DNA of 61,939 nt from a virus (Duplodnaviria > Caudoviricetes), in IMG/VR virus record IMGVR_UViG_3300021475_000013, positions 1-61,939 of that record, one strand, 5' to 3'. Positions 8,957 through 19,592 of the stretch are shown here, piece by piece. Numbering within the stretch: the stretch's first letter is position 1; each line of letters opens with the position of its first letter. Both the position numbers and the translations under genes were made by a program. Under the pieces are notes generated by a model. The model was not told the origin of the DNA, searched no databases, and worked only from the letters and a program-made list of their open reading frames with translations.

Positions 8957-9834
8957 TTTATGATTCCTATGTTTCTCATTACCTGTATGATTTCCTCGAC
9001 CTCTTGAAATGTCACTTGTGGTGAATTATCTGTCGGTGCTACGAGTCCAGCGATCCATGCCTCCGTTGGTTTGTACTGAGAATGATAGAAAAATCCATTG
9101 CCCGCATCGTACTGATAATCCTTACTGCCCCATAACTTAGACCATGAGTTTTTATTGTTATTCAAATCGAACGCCCCCGCAGGTCCATCGCCATATGCAT
9201 ATACAAGGTTTGCATGACCATCAATGATCGATGCTGGTGGTCGAAGCGGAAAGATATCTTGCGCTTCCCATGATGTACGCCCGTCAACTGCCGTATACCA
9301 TTCCTTGCCTAATTCAAATCTAACTGCGACTAGATCATATAATCGAATACACCCCGCAAATATCACTGGATCGACTGGTACCTGCTCGAACCATCCAATC
9401 TTGTAGTTTAAAGCCTCACGCGCGGCCGATTCTGGTATTGTTTGATTTATGAACTCTATCCACGAAAGATTAACATTCGTAGGAAATGTAGACTCTTTGC
9501 ACACGCCATATAACTTTGCGGCCGTGAATGCCGCCCAAATTGACGATCCTTCAATCTGATCCTTATCAACAAGAAGTTTTGTTTTGATCGCCAAGTCCGC
9601 AACTGACAGCTCCACATACACGCCTGTACTTTTCCAAATAAGCTTTTCAAGATACGAGACAACAACCTCCATCGTGCATATACCTCGAGGTCCCTGCATT
9701 TTAACCACCAAAGCACTTATGTCTGAGCTGTACGAATCCACAGGGGCTGAATACGATGTAATTGCTGGTCTAGTCATTATGACCTGTATTGGCGATGGTG
9801 ATGCGCCGCCAGCTACGATTGGGTAATCTTTCAT
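8953..9834 (-). CDS. Papain-like (C1) cysteine peptidase, candidate endolysin
   Basis: QGPRGICT (Q...C), GHA and NSW..WG motifs; coupled to a holin-like gene. Confidence 0.8.
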   Translation of the reverse strand: MKDYPIVAGGASPSPIQVIMTRPAITSYSAPVDSYSSDISALVVKMQGPRGICTMEVVVSYLEKLIWKSTGVYVELSVADLAIKTKLLVDKDQIEGSSIWAAFTAAKLYGVCKESTFPTNVNLSWIEFINQTIPESAAREALNYKIGWFEQVPVDPVIFAGCIRLYDLVAVRFELGKEWYTAVDGRTSWEAQDIFPLRPPASIIDGHANLVYAYGDGPAGAFDLNNNKNSWSKLWGSKDYQYDAGNGFFYHSQYKPTEAWIAGLVAPTDNSPQVTFQEVEEIIQVMRNIGIIK

Positions 9835-10142
9835 TTTGAAACTTTGTTAGTTTGCAGTACGTTAATCTGGTTCTGCAAGCTCGTGAGTATCTCATTCTCT
9901 ATCGTCGAGCGGTTGTTTTCATTCGATACGTTGTAGGCGTAGACCGCCAGAGGCATGACGATGACTATGAATATACCTATGGACATGCCGATGCCCGTCC
10001 TCCATCTTTCGAGCATAGATACTCGTCCGTTGGTTTTCGCCGTCTGAGCCTCGATACGATGAAGAGTCTCGTTTATCGTCGCAAGAAACTCTTGAATCTC
10101 CCTATTGCTGTATGGTTGTTCTTCTTTCATATTTTGAACCAT
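9831..10142 (-). CDS. Holin-like membrane protein
   Basis: Coiled coil with QTAKTNGRVSMLERW followed by one TM helix; directly upstream of the peptidase. Confidence 0.6.
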   Translation of the reverse strand: MVQNMKEEQPYSNREIQEFLATINETLHRIEAQTAKTNGRVSMLERWRTGIGMSIGIFIVIVMPLAVYAYNVSNENNRSTIENEILTSLQNQINVLQTNKVSK

Positions 10143-10456
10143 TGTAATGCGGTGCCCGAATAAATATAAGAAGCGAAGCTTGCCACCGCGAGGGAGGTGA
10201 GTGCACCGATGATTGTGCCGCCGTTCATCGTGAGGAGCGTGACGATTTGAGAAGAGCAGATATTGACCACGTCTCCATCGGTCGGACTGCCGTTCATCGT
10301 CATAGTAAGAGATGCGATTGTGCCAGACGGATTGACGATGAGGTTGACCGTCTGTCCCGCGTTTATATTCACGGTAGAAGCGGCCGCAGGCGTCGTGTAC
10401 TGGAGGATAGGTGCCTTTGCGAAGGTCGTAGGGTTGTTTGTTGATGCGTCTGACAT
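10127..10456 (-). CDS. Small beta-rich putative virion/fibre-associated protein
   Basis: T/S/A-rich, NPSGTIASLT..PTDG pattern and C-terminal W; follows the fibre-like genes. Confidence 0.55.
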   Translation of the reverse strand: MSDASTNNPTTFAKAPILQYTTPAAASTVNINAGQTVNLIVNPSGTIASLTMTMNGSPTDGDVVNICSSQIVTLLTMNGGTIIGALTSLAVASFASYIYSGTALQWFKI

Positions 10457-10457
10457 G

Positions 10458-11810
10458 TTAGTTACATTGAGAATAATTGGATGCCACCTTCGAAAAGAGC
10501 GTACCTGCGACTGTGTACAGCTCCGTATACCCTCCGCCTGCTCCTGCGTCTTTGACTATGAGGCATCCGCCGCCGCTTCCCGATTCGAGGAGAAGATTGG
10601 CGGTAGATGAGGCGGAGGTGTAGTCGTCTATGACAGTGACGGGACTAGTAGTTGAGAAACCTGTGTGGTCTTTGTTGTCTATCAGAAAATCAGTGCCTGT
10701 CGTTGATGCGAAGTCTACAAGATATGTTCCTACGGGAGTTGATGAAGTCGCTTGAACTGATAATTCGGCAAACGGAGAAGTCGAAGCTATTCCGATTTTG
10801 AATTGAGGTGTAATCCTCATGGATTCTTTTTGACGATTGTTCGCATAGAACTCTATATTTCCATTTGTGGGAATTGAACCATTACTTAATTCTGAAAATA
10901 TAAAGTTTGCATCTGAATATCCCTCAAAGACAGTATTTGAATTCTGTGAGGCTGGTATGAATTGGAAAAATTCATCATTTGTTCCGAATACTGTTTGGTC
11001 GGAAAGAGAAAAAAGACTACCAGTACCTAGACCAATAGCCACTGTCCCTGCACCAGCACCATAAGAGAGATTGATCCAATCATTATATAGATTTGAATTG
11101 ACCCCTCCACCCGTGATGATTCCTTCAACATCAAGAAAACTTTTGCAAGTAAAATAACAAGGTCCTAGACCGCCTCCAGGTGTCGTTGCACTAGGTTTGA
11201 AAAGATTCACGTTATTGCTACTGATTGGATTATTCGTTCCTAATCCGACGTACGATTGATTGTTCGCAGAACCAATATAAAACGCAGGGCTAGAGCTTCC
11301 GAGTGCTTGGACGTTTATTGCAGGAGTAGAGCTTGCGACACTCACCGTGAGGGTAGCGAGACTATTTCCCGCACCGACAGTCGCCGTATTCGATACGTCT
11401 ATATTAGTCGTGGTAGCGTTCGTGGTAGTGCTATTGAGACCTGTGAAGTTCTGTAGCGTAGTGGAAGAATTGAAAAGCACTCCGATGGTCGTCGTCGGAG
11501 TGATATAGTTTCCTACCTGTGCCCACGGCTCGAACTGCGATGCCCAGTAATTCTGCGAGGTCGTTGACCAGTTTGAAGAACCTCCGCCTCCACACCCAGT
11601 ACAGGTGCCCGAGACAGTGAGATTGTTGAATGAAGCATTCGATGTTGAATTTCCGATCGTCCACAGATTGCTTTGAGGCAAAATACTTGTTCCAGAGAGA
11701 TAGAAAAGGCTGGCTGGCGTGATACCTCCGTTGATACCCGCGAAAACAGGGTTTGCAAAGAGAATCATTCCCGCTATGACCGCCAATAGAGTTTTGATTT
11801 TTGTTTTCAT
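10458..11810 (-). CDS. Fibre-like/surface protein with Sec-type signal peptide and S/T-rich repeats
   Basis: MKTKIKTLLAVIAGMILFANPVFA N-terminus from ATG 11810; NSTTTNATTTN, IGIASTSPFAELSV and GLGTNNP trimeric beta-spike-like repeats. Confidence 0.65.
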   Translation of the reverse strand: MKTKIKTLLAVIAGMILFANPVFAGINGGITPASLFYLSGTSILPQSNLWTIGNSTSNASFNNLTVSGTCTGCGGGGSSNWSTTSQNYWASQFEPWAQVGNYITPTTTIGVLFNSSTTLQNFTGLNSTTTNATTTNIDVSNTATVGAGNSLATLTVSVASSTPAINVQALGSSSPAFYIGSANNQSYVGLGTNNPISSNNVNLFKPSATTPGGGLGPCYFTCKSFLDVEGIITGGGVNSNLYNDWINLSYGAGAGTVAIGLGTGSLFSLSDQTVFGTNDEFFQFIPASQNSNTVFEGYSDANFIFSELSNGSIPTNGNIEFYANNRQKESMRITPQFKIGIASTSPFAELSVQATSSTPVGTYLVDFASTTGTDFLIDNKDHTGFSTTSPVTVIDDYTSASSTANLLLESGSGGGCLIVKDAGAGGGYTELYTVAGTLFSKVASNYSQCN

Positions 11811-11815
11811 ATATT

Positions 11816-13942
11816 CTACACTATCTGAGTAATTTTCATGTGACTTCCTATCCACACGCGGGAAGTACCACTTGAACTATTCTGTGCGAATTGAGGGAAA
11901 TACGTTCCTGAAGAATTGACAAGTACGTTTCCTGTAATCGTAACATAATAATCCGTATCAGATGTTCCAGCTATATTGAAATTACTATTCAATCCACCAG
12001 GATTTCCAGCATTTGTTATGAGTTTACTGCTGTTATCCAGGAATGTGAATTGCCATCGAGAATTTCCATCCAAAACAGCAGTACCGTTCACTCCCAATTT
12101 GAATCCTCCGACAGTGTCAGAATAAATAAAGAGATGTATCTCGCACCAGTATTTTTTACCCGCAAGGAGATATGCTGAAAGACCTGGAATAACGGCGATA
12201 GTCGTATCCGTGGTTTTATTGAAAGTACTCGTAGTCACAAGATTCGTGTCTACATTTCCAATCAGAGTCGAATTATTTTCTTGATTGAGTGTCTGTTGCA
12301 TACTCGAAAGAGTGTAATCAGTACCCGCAATCGTCCAGATAGTGCCTGGAGGCACATGATTGAAATCTCCCGTATATGTAAAAGGCTGAACTCCAGGTGT
12401 TACTTTGATAATTTGATTTCCTCCTATATTTGTCCTATAGGATGTACCAGAAAGATTTATCGCACCTCCCATATTATTATTGAATATGATAAGAAAGTTT
12501 GAACCACCTGGATTGGCTGACACTTTCGTGATAACGGTCGCATTCACCATATTTATCACGGTTCCGTTTCCGCTATTTGTCACATATATGAATCCTGTAG
12601 AAGCCTGTGCTGAACCGATGAACGTGTCGTTATAAGAATTGAGTATGCCAACTCCGAGGAATTGGTAAGGTTGAATATAAGGCGTGGCATTCGTAATCTC
12701 TGTCATTATGAATTGATTGTCTTGGGAATTTACGGTATCGCCCCCTTCAGTGATATATACGACATCGTAGCAAACATTGTTCCAAAAATTCTGAATCAAT
12801 GCTCCGTTACCGAATATATTCGTGTAGTTCCTAAGAGAAGGACAATTTGAAACGGTAATCATAGAAAATCCACCACCACCGTCGGCATGAGCCGTCAACA
12901 AACTTCCGCCTGCCGTTCGTGCGTAGGAAATACCATCTGCCGCGATACCATAAGCCCCGATACAATTTACTATGTTGACGGTATCCATTCCTGTGCCATT
13001 GAAATAAAATCCGATTGAGGAGTATCCGCCGTAATCTCCAGCAACTCCTTGACCTATGAAGGTGCTATTCTTCACAGTGCCGCTACCGATCAACATACTA
13101 TGTTTCGAACCATCGTAGACGAAACATCCATCTACGATTGAGTTCCTGTTCACGACCAAAGAACCATCATTATAGAGATTTCTCTGAGTCTGAATTCCTT
13201 GAACAAAAGCGTTATTTCCGAGCCATACGCCTCTATCACGCATCGCAGAATATATACCTTGCGTCGAATTAGCCGTCGCTGGAGGTATCGTTCCAGCCCA
13301 CGTTTGGACGTAGAGAATGTTATTTACTCCATCGTATGCGAAACTTCCAGGAGTTGATTCGACTTTAGATATAGTCGTTGCTCCGTTAAAAGAGTGAGCA
13401 TCCTGCCAAGAAAGATGAGTTATCTGTGAAGAACCAGTCGCGGCATTATCCCAGATACCTATTTGTTCATCTACACCTTCTGGAATGACGATAGTCTTTT
13501 GAAAAGTGAATGTCTTTCCAGACGTTAGAGTCCAACCAGATGTAAAAGCATCAGAGCAATCAATGATAGGTGCAGGTCCTTGTCCATAAGCGATAACAGA
13601 TATATTGTCAGTTGAATTTAGATTCAATACACCCATAGCGGATGAGTTCCAGTTTGAACCACGAGCGAGATATATGATGGAACCCGATGGCGGGTTTATA
13701 GAGTTCAACTGCGTAAGTGTTTGTATTGGAGACGAAATAGAAGTACCGCTATTCGCATCGTTTCCATGAACAGAATCAACATAATAGTTGACAGATGTCG
13801 TTCCAGTTATACTGCCAGTCACAGTGACATTTCTAGCTGTGATATCCATCGAAGAATTACCCAGTTTCCATGCTGAGCTTCTAGGAATTATATTTATACC
13901 TGAAAGGTATAGGGGAGTTGTTTGGTCTATTCCGTCGTCCAT
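11816..13942 (-). CDS. Beta-helix (pectin-lyase-like) spike/fibre protein
   Basis: YYVDSVHGNDANSGTS..SPIQTL...IYLARGS..AYGQGPAPII start of a right-handed beta-helix; N/G/T-rich. Confidence 0.7.
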   Translation of the reverse strand: MDDGIDQTTPLYLSGINIIPRSSAWKLGNSSMDITARNVTVTGSITGTTSVNYYVDSVHGNDANSGTSISSPIQTLTQLNSINPPSGSIIYLARGSNWNSSAMGVLNLNSTDNISVIAYGQGPAPIIDCSDAFTSGWTLTSGKTFTFQKTIVIPEGVDEQIGIWDNAATGSSQITHLSWQDAHSFNGATTISKVESTPGSFAYDGVNNILYVQTWAGTIPPATANSTQGIYSAMRDRGVWLGNNAFVQGIQTQRNLYNDGSLVVNRNSIVDGCFVYDGSKHSMLIGSGTVKNSTFIGQGVAGDYGGYSSIGFYFNGTGMDTVNIVNCIGAYGIAADGISYARTAGGSLLTAHADGGGGFSMITVSNCPSLRNYTNIFGNGALIQNFWNNVCYDVVYITEGGDTVNSQDNQFIMTEITNATPYIQPYQFLGVGILNSYNDTFIGSAQASTGFIYVTNSGNGTVINMVNATVITKVSANPGGSNFLIIFNNNMGGAINLSGTSYRTNIGGNQIIKVTPGVQPFTYTGDFNHVPPGTIWTIAGTDYTLSSMQQTLNQENNSTLIGNVDTNLVTTSTFNKTTDTTIAVIPGLSAYLLAGKKYWCEIHLFIYSDTVGGFKLGVNGTAVLDGNSRWQFTFLDNSSKLITNAGNPGGLNSNFNIAGTSDTDYYVTITGNVLVNSSGTYFPQFAQNSSSGTSRVWIGSHMKITQIV

Positions 13943-13951
13943 ATTATATTT

Positions 13952-14245
13952 TTACTGCCACGTCTCTATCTCTAGAGTCATAGAAGAAGAGCCTGTTGCG
14001 AAGTAGATTGGAAGGCCAGCAGGCAGATTCGTCGAATTGATTTCCTTCGATGAACCTGCGGGAATCGTCATATAGGGATTGGTCTGGCTGGCTACGACAC
14101 CTTTTGCGTACGACATGAAAAGGTTCGTGCCAGGGTCGCGGAGCTTGAAGAGTATGTAGTGGACGTTTGCGGGTACGTTATAGACGTATTCCGTGTTCGC
14201 ACTGGTCATCGTGAGCGTCGCAATGGTTGGTACTGTTATTTGCAT
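13952..14245 (-). CDS. Small putative structural protein
   Basis: 97-aa beta-rich ORF between the portal and spike genes. Confidence 0.55.
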   Translation of the reverse strand: MQITVPTIATLTMTSANTEYVYNVPANVHYILFKLRDPGTNLFMSYAKGVVASQTNPYMTIPAGSSKEINSTNLPAGLPIYFATGSSSMTLEIETWQ

Positions 14246-14271
14246 ATTGATTTATGTATTAATTATATAAA

Positions 14272-15849
14272 CTATCTCTTGTTTTTGTTCTTACTTGATA
14301 TGGCCGCAAGAATTCTTGATGCCATAGACTTCTTTTTCGGTGTATCGCTTTGATCTCGATACGGCTTTTCTTTACCGACCTCGTCAGGTCTCTCACCTTC
14401 TTCTTTCGTGTCTGCTTCTTTTTTCTCTGGCTGATCAGTTTTTTCTTCATCGCCTTTCGCTTCACCATCACCCTCCTCATCCTGTTGCGTTGAAATCATA
14501 GGCACATATCCGCTTGCCGTGAGCACCATCGGTTGATTGAACGTATCATCCTCATACGGCTCTTTACCTGCCGCTCGACGGGCTTCATTAACAGTCCATA
14601 CACCTGCTTGAAGATTCTTAGTCGCTATATCTGCTCCATCCTTAGGATCGACAATGTCTGTACCTACCCAGTCGAACTCCAAATCTTCGTAACCAAAGTC
14701 CTTCCAAATGATCTCCTGATTGAAGACCTCCTTGATCAAATGCAAAATAGAGCTATATCCTTTCTGATCCGAAATATCTTTCTGAGTCTCAGAGACGTTC
14801 TTTGAACCGACATCATCTGTCAGTCCTATGTCCTGTCCGCCAAGACCATATGCGGCAGCCAATAGTCTCGCGAGAAACTTATTGTACTCCATCATCTGCA
14901 TATCATTGTTCGTCGCGTCTTTGAGATTCAAAACCTTTGCATCCGTACCTCCAGCCATGATCGCTGGGCGGTGGAAGTTTCCCATAAGCTCCGACGTAAG
15001 GTATTGGCGATACGCTTCCACGTCTCGCTGGTTGACCTGACCCATGATTTGAAGAATGATCGGCGGGAAAGCCCCGTCCTCGAAATATGTGCCGTTGTAG
15101 TTATCAATGTTCAATAGATTGGCTACGACTGAAATAACACCCTCAAGCGGGGAAAGTCCGTAACCAATACCCTCCATCGATCCTTGCGGATGCATGTGGA
15201 AATTTAGGAAGTCGCGCTTTGGCCACGCCGCGATAATCTCACCCGACTCGGGTCCGCCGTATTGGGAATTATTTAGAATCTGAACATACGAAACAGGCAG
15301 GTCATCCATACCATCTTTCGTATCAAGTGGGATTTGAACATCTTGATTGCCATGCTCGTCAAACACAGGACGAATGGTTGATGAATCTACGAAATGAAGC
15401 TCCGCAAGCTTTCCGTCTGGAAAGCGTGTCTTTTCTACAGATACCGAGTCAAGTACTAGTAAGTCCTCGACCATCTTATCGAGAAGCGTACGCATGGTCT
15501 CATCGTTCTTATTGGGATGCCTGAATAGGTCTGTGACCTCCTTGATACGCGGATCCTTTTTGTCCGACACAGTGTCAGTCGAATCAATCGGCTTCACAAC
15601 CCACTTAGTCTTGGTAACCTTTTCCTTGAGCGTGTTTATACAAATGCGGGCGATGTGAACCGACTGCGCCGCGCGACGAAGCACGTCAAACGAAATGCGT
15701 CCAGGCTTCGTGATGCCCTTTTCAATGAAAGATACGTTCCTCTGTCTGTCGCTTTCAAATACTAATCCACGTTGCGGAGTGATCATGCGATCCGCCTTGG
15801 TAAATGATTCGACAGTCACCGACGGAGCTTTGATAGTTTCTTCTGACAT
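14272..15849 (-). CDS. Portal protein
   Basis: LHFVDSSTIR, GYGLSPLE, YFEDGAFP and WTVNEARRAAGKEP are HK97-family portal motifs; acidic tail. Confidence 0.93.
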   Translation of the reverse strand: MSEETIKAPSVTVESFTKADRMITPQRGLVFESDRQRNVSFIEKGITKPGRISFDVLRRAAQSVHIARICINTLKEKVTKTKWVVKPIDSTDTVSDKKDPRIKEVTDLFRHPNKNDETMRTLLDKMVEDLLVLDSVSVEKTRFPDGKLAELHFVDSSTIRPVFDEHGNQDVQIPLDTKDGMDDLPVSYVQILNNSQYGGPESGEIIAAWPKRDFLNFHMHPQGSMEGIGYGLSPLEGVISVVANLLNIDNYNGTYFEDGAFPPIILQIMGQVNQRDVEAYRQYLTSELMGNFHRPAIMAGGTDAKVLNLKDATNNDMQMMEYNKFLARLLAAAYGLGGQDIGLTDDVGSKNVSETQKDISDQKGYSSILHLIKEVFNQEIIWKDFGYEDLEFDWVGTDIVDPKDGADIATKNLQAGVWTVNEARRAAGKEPYEDDTFNQPMVLTASGYVPMISTQQDEEGDGEAKGDEEKTDQPEKKEADTKEEGERPDEVGKEKPYRDQSDTPKKKSMASRILAAISSKNKNKR

Positions 15850-15869
15850 ATGTTGTAATTATAACGATT

Positions 15870-16238
15870 TTAAGCCAGATTGTTATTGGCGTGTATCTTC
15901 CGCATTTTAAGGACAATCTGATTGATACTCGACACGTATTTGTACCCGAGCATCTCCTGTATATCCTTGCGCTTATACCCGAGTGAAATGAACAGTAGAA
16001 CTATCGACTCATGCATCGGCAATCGATAAATGAAATCTTCGACATCAAAAGTATTTATAGACTCTTCAAAAGACGGAGCGACAAGATTGATAAAATCTTC
16101 TCCCTCATACTCTGATTGATATGACCTCACTATTGGTTTGACGTAATACTTGAATCCTTTTCGCGGGGCGCAAAGAGATGAAATCCATTTTTTCTGTGCC
16201 TCGTATATTCTATACTCCTTTGATATCTGGTTTAGCAT
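15870..16238 (-). CDS. Sigma-region-4-like HTH regulator
   Basis: IYRLPMHESIVLLFISLGYKRKDIQEMLG..SSINQI resembles a sigma70 r4-type HTH. Confidence 0.55.
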   Translation of the reverse strand: MLNQISKEYRIYEAQKKWISSLCAPRKGFKYYVKPIVRSYQSEYEGEDFINLVAPSFEESINTFDVEDFIYRLPMHESIVLLFISLGYKRKDIQEMLGYKYVSSINQIVLKMRKIHANNNLA

Positions 16239-16806
16239 CTGGTGTTTTCCACAAAAGCATGAGCGACGGTGTCCACTCTCCTAAGAACCATTCCGCATAC
16301 TCCGTCGTTGAACTCTTTCCCTTAACTATAACAAACACAGCGAATGAATCAACGAAGAACTTATTGAGTGCGATAGTGTGCTGATATCTTTTCATCGGCG
16401 AGAATATCTGATACAGGGTCAACCCCTCATCTTTCTTTGCCTGAGCGTTTCTTTTCACTTGCTTCATCTGGCTCTTAAACTTTCTTTCCTCCAAACTCAT
16501 TCGTTTCACTACGAAATAAAAGAATAGACTAGCATTTTCCTGTTTATCTTCATCTCCCTTATGCTTATCCGCCCACTCCCTAAGAATAATGAATATGGCC
16601 TGCCGAGCCGCATCGATTGTAAATTTGTGCGGTAGATACGGAGGCAGTCCAGGTAAAAGTGGCGCGCGCGGGTCGCGAGCTATGCGCTCGAGCATATTGT
16701 CCTTGTGCATTATATGCTTCTTGACGAGCAATTCATTGGCCACTCTCGCGGCATTTTTGAGTTGTTCTATAGGGAGTCTCTTTCGTGGTGGACTATTTTT
16801 AAGCAT
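16210..16806 (-). CDS. Hypothetical protein
   Basis: 198-aa ORF in the operon; no recognised motif. Confidence 0.6.
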   Translation of the reverse strand: MLKNSPPRKRLPIEQLKNAARVANELLVKKHIMHKDNMLERIARDPRAPLLPGLPPYLPHKFTIDAARQAIFIILREWADKHKGDEDKQENASLFFYFVVKRMSLEERKFKSQMKQVKRNAQAKKDEGLTLYQIFSPMKRYQHTIALNKFFVDSFAVFVIVKGKSSTTEYAEWFLGEWTPSLMLLWKTPDAKPDIKGV

Positions 16807-16816
16807 TATAATCTTA

Positions 16817-17164
16817 TTAACCTGCTCTGCGTGTCTCTGTCGCCGCCAGATGCGCTACTGATGCATGTTTAGGATCGTTCGGGTCAACCATCATAGAAAG
16901 AATATCACGAGGAACTATACTCCGTCTCTTTTGCTGTGGTGGAGATGGCGGTAATGTATCCACAACATCTCTCATGACAGGCAGAGTGGGTGTATGATCA
17001 CGTTCACGAACAACATCCGTAAACACCTGCTTCTGCGGTTGATTGATCGGGCAATTTTTTCCCTTGACCATTCTGATAACAACAATTTCACATTCCTCAA
17101 CAGGATGATACTGCCCGCATCCCTCGCACTTCGCCATCTCAACGGTTGGTATTTCTATTGACAT
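16817..17164 (-). CDS. Hypothetical protein with Zn-ribbon-like N-terminus
   Basis: CEGC...C...C; coupled to the upstream gene. Confidence 0.6.
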   Translation of the reverse strand: MSIEIPTVEMAKCEGCGQYHPVEECEIVVIRMVKGKNCPINQPQKQVFTDVVRERDHTPTLPVMRDVVDTLPPSPPQQKRRSIVPRDILSMMVDPNDPKHASVAHLAATETRRAG

Positions 17165-17394
17165 TATATTTCTATATTAAGACTTTTAAGCTTGGCGATT
17201 ATTTCGAGCTTATAATCGTCGGGCAACGTGCGCGATCCTATCGGTGAAGTAACTAACCGCGTCAACTCAACTACACGCACGTCGTATGCCTTAACGTCAT
17301 TGAGCTTTCGTGCCACCCACGTAAAGAACGTAATAGCAGTCATTTCCTTGATCGTGAGACCGCCTACGTTCTTGTTCAAGATTTCTAGTTCCAT
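17164..17394 (-). CDS. Hypothetical protein
   Basis: 76-aa ORF with tight operon spacing. Confidence 0.6.
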   Translation of the reverse strand: MELEILNKNVGGLTIKEMTAITFFTWVARKLNDVKAYDVRVVELTRLVTSPIGSRTLPDDYKLEIIAKLKSLNIEI

Positions 17395-17400
17395 GATATT

Positions 17401-18183
17401 TTAGTTATCTTGTAAATCCGCCATGCGCTCTTTGTCGCGCTTGATGACATCTTCCATGTTTACCGACTCATCATCAATGGAGTACGTCCTACCTTCCTTA
17501 TCGATATATATTCCCTTACCTTTATCCCTCTCGCGCGACTCCGCCATTTTCCTCACGTTCTGCTTGAACTTACCCGCCTCCAAGTAATTGGTCATACACA
17601 GGTAAATCATTGCCGCCTTTTCTTTCGTAAGTTGTATTCCCTTGAACACACAGTAGTCCTCGACCTGCTTACCCTTATTATCCGCCTCCGCTATGAAGCT
17701 CAAGTACCCACTAGCAAACTCTTCAAGATTACCGAGTCCTAAAGACTCCGCCATGCCGATCGCCGTAGACTTCAAATACGAAGCAAACATCTCAACGAAC
17801 ACCTCGAAATCGAAACGTACCTGACTCTTGAACGCGCGAGTCTCTTTCGTATGCTCTCCCTTGTACCTGTAAATGTCCATAAGAAACGATGCGTTGTCCT
17901 TACCGCGCTCGAAGAGATACATGCCAAGAACGTGATCCTTTGCGTCCTGCGACATATTCTTATCGGCCAAGGCCATGATGACCTTATCCTCGCGCGTCCC
18001 GTCACGCGTAATGACTACCATTGCGCGCTTTCCCGTGACAGGATTCTCAACCTCAATCGTCTCCGTCGCCGCTAGACCCTTATCCTTTAGTTCCGCCGCC
18101 GTAGCTTCTGGGGAATAATCTGGCGAACCTCTTCTGAAAAGACCGCTACCAAGTATACTTCTCCTTTTAAGCTCCTTGCTCAT
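17401..18183 (-). CDS. Hypothetical protein
   Basis: 260-aa ORF; no motif recognised. Confidence 0.65.
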   Translation of the reverse strand: MSKELKRRSILGSGLFRRGSPDYSPEATAAELKDKGLAATETIEVENPVTGKRAMVVITRDGTREDKVIMALADKNMSQDAKDHVLGMYLFERGKDNASFLMDIYRYKGEHTKETRAFKSQVRFDFEVFVEMFASYLKSTAIGMAESLGLGNLEEFASGYLSFIAEADNKGKQVEDYCVFKGIQLTKEKAAMIYLCMTNYLEAGKFKQNVRKMAESRERDKGKGIYIDKEGRTYSIDDESVNMEDVIKRDKERMADLQDN

Positions 18184-19006
18184 CTTCTTTTTCTTTTACA
18201 ACCTCCAACGGTGGAGAAACGATGTACTCAATATTTGGCGCGAACTTCCACTTGTTGATAAACACTTGCTTATCAGAATTGAAGTCATTGACGCTCTCCA
18301 AGTCATCCCACCTTACGTTGAAAGAAAAGATTGGTACACGCTGGGTTGTGATAGCCTCAAACCCTTTCGAGTACAAACTCTGCCACATATCGCGTGCCAT
18401 GAAATAGTGGGTCTTGTAATTCTCATCAACAGTGATCATTTCGGCCGTAAGTCTACGACATCCGAAGAAGTCAAGATTGATATCTCTCTCTTCAACAGGT
18501 GCGTTCTGTCTGTATGTATCGAAGAACTTTGCGTCTATAACACCTTTCAAATCAAACCCGCATATCATCTTCGCATCATCCACGTTCACACGATCAATCA
18601 TGATGTCGATAGAATGCTCTTGAGTCATGATCCAAGGATTGATATTGATTATGAACTGAGCATCTGTTTCACTCAAAGCAAAATCAACGCCCTTCTTGAA
18701 ATAATCTACATACGTAGCACCTCTCTTATCAATCGGCACACCGAATACATTTCCCGCTTTCTGCCTAGACATAATATAATTACTGACTGGTCTTGGTAAC
18801 CTACGTGCCTCCGCAACAAAAATTATATACAACTGATGAACCGATGAGTACACACGATCGATGGCAATCTTAATAACCTCAAGGTCCAATTGTTTATTGA
18901 CCACATCATCCCAATACCCAAACAAAGGAACAATAACTGCCACCTTGCTCTTGGTGGTAACACTTACAAACTTATTCAACGTATCATCCAAATTACTTCC
19001 TGCCAT
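18167..19006 (-). CDS. Divergent GT2-fold glycosyltransferase-like protein
   Basis: KVAVIVP start, GVDFAL..DAQFIININPW at the DxD position (non-canonical) and FINKW end, parallel to the neighbouring GT2s. Confidence 0.55.
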   Translation of the reverse strand: MAGSNLDDTLNKFVSVTTKSKVAVIVPLFGYWDDVVNKQLDLEVIKIAIDRVYSSVHQLYIIFVAEARRLPRPVSNYIMSRQKAGNVFGVPIDKRGATYVDYFKKGVDFALSETDAQFIININPWIMTQEHSIDIMIDRVNVDDAKMICGFDLKGVIDAKFFDTYRQNAPVEERDINLDFFGCRRLTAEMITVDENYKTHYFMARDMWQSLYSKGFEAITTQRVPIFSFNVRWDDLESVNDFNSDKQVFINKWKFAPNIEYIVSPPLEVVKEKEDEQGA

Positions 19007-19592
19007 GTTTGTTTTTTATGTTATTAATAATCCTATCTAATGCATCCTTTTCGGATGGCGTCTCTGCGTACCTGTCCCGAGCGTATGAGAGTTCGTTTAT
19101 GTATTTATCAATCGAAACTATAGGCACAGTCTGAACAACCTCTACTGCTTTATCAACTAATTTTTTTCCCAAGACTTTATCGTTCATCGCTATATCATCC
19201 AATACTTTAGATGTAACGGCCGATATCGTAGGCGCCGATCCTATATCGATTTGAGAAAGAGTGTATTGTCCCTCACCTTTCATGTAAATGGCCTGATTAG
19301 ACATAAGCGTCCAATCACTTGGATTCGTTCCCATTTTATTCATGACATTAACACTTCCCTCGTACGCTTTCATACTACCCTCTGCAACTACCTGCACAGC
19401 TATGACAGTCATGAAGTCTTTCTTGTTAACAAAAATCAACTGATATACAGCGAAGTCTTTTAGAAACCTATGGTAGAAATCCGCACTTGCAGTCGCATCA
19501 CTCATAGGCTTTGCAAACTTAAGCTCGATGCCAAGCATCTCTTTATCAATATATTTCTGTATGTATCTTTTTAGGAAATTCATATAAGCCAT
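18993..19592 (-). CDS. Hypothetical protein
   Basis: 199-aa ORF overlapping both neighbours. Confidence 0.6.
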   Translation of the reverse strand: MAYMNFLKRYIQKYIDKEMLGIELKFAKPMSDATASADFYHRFLKDFAVYQLIFVNKKDFMTVIAVQVVAEGSMKAYEGSVNVMNKMGTNPSDWTLMSNQAIYMKGEGQYTLSQIDIGSAPTISAVTSKVLDDIAMNDKVLGKKLVDKAVEVVQTVPIVSIDKYINELSYARDRYAETPSEKDALDRIINNIKNKHGRK

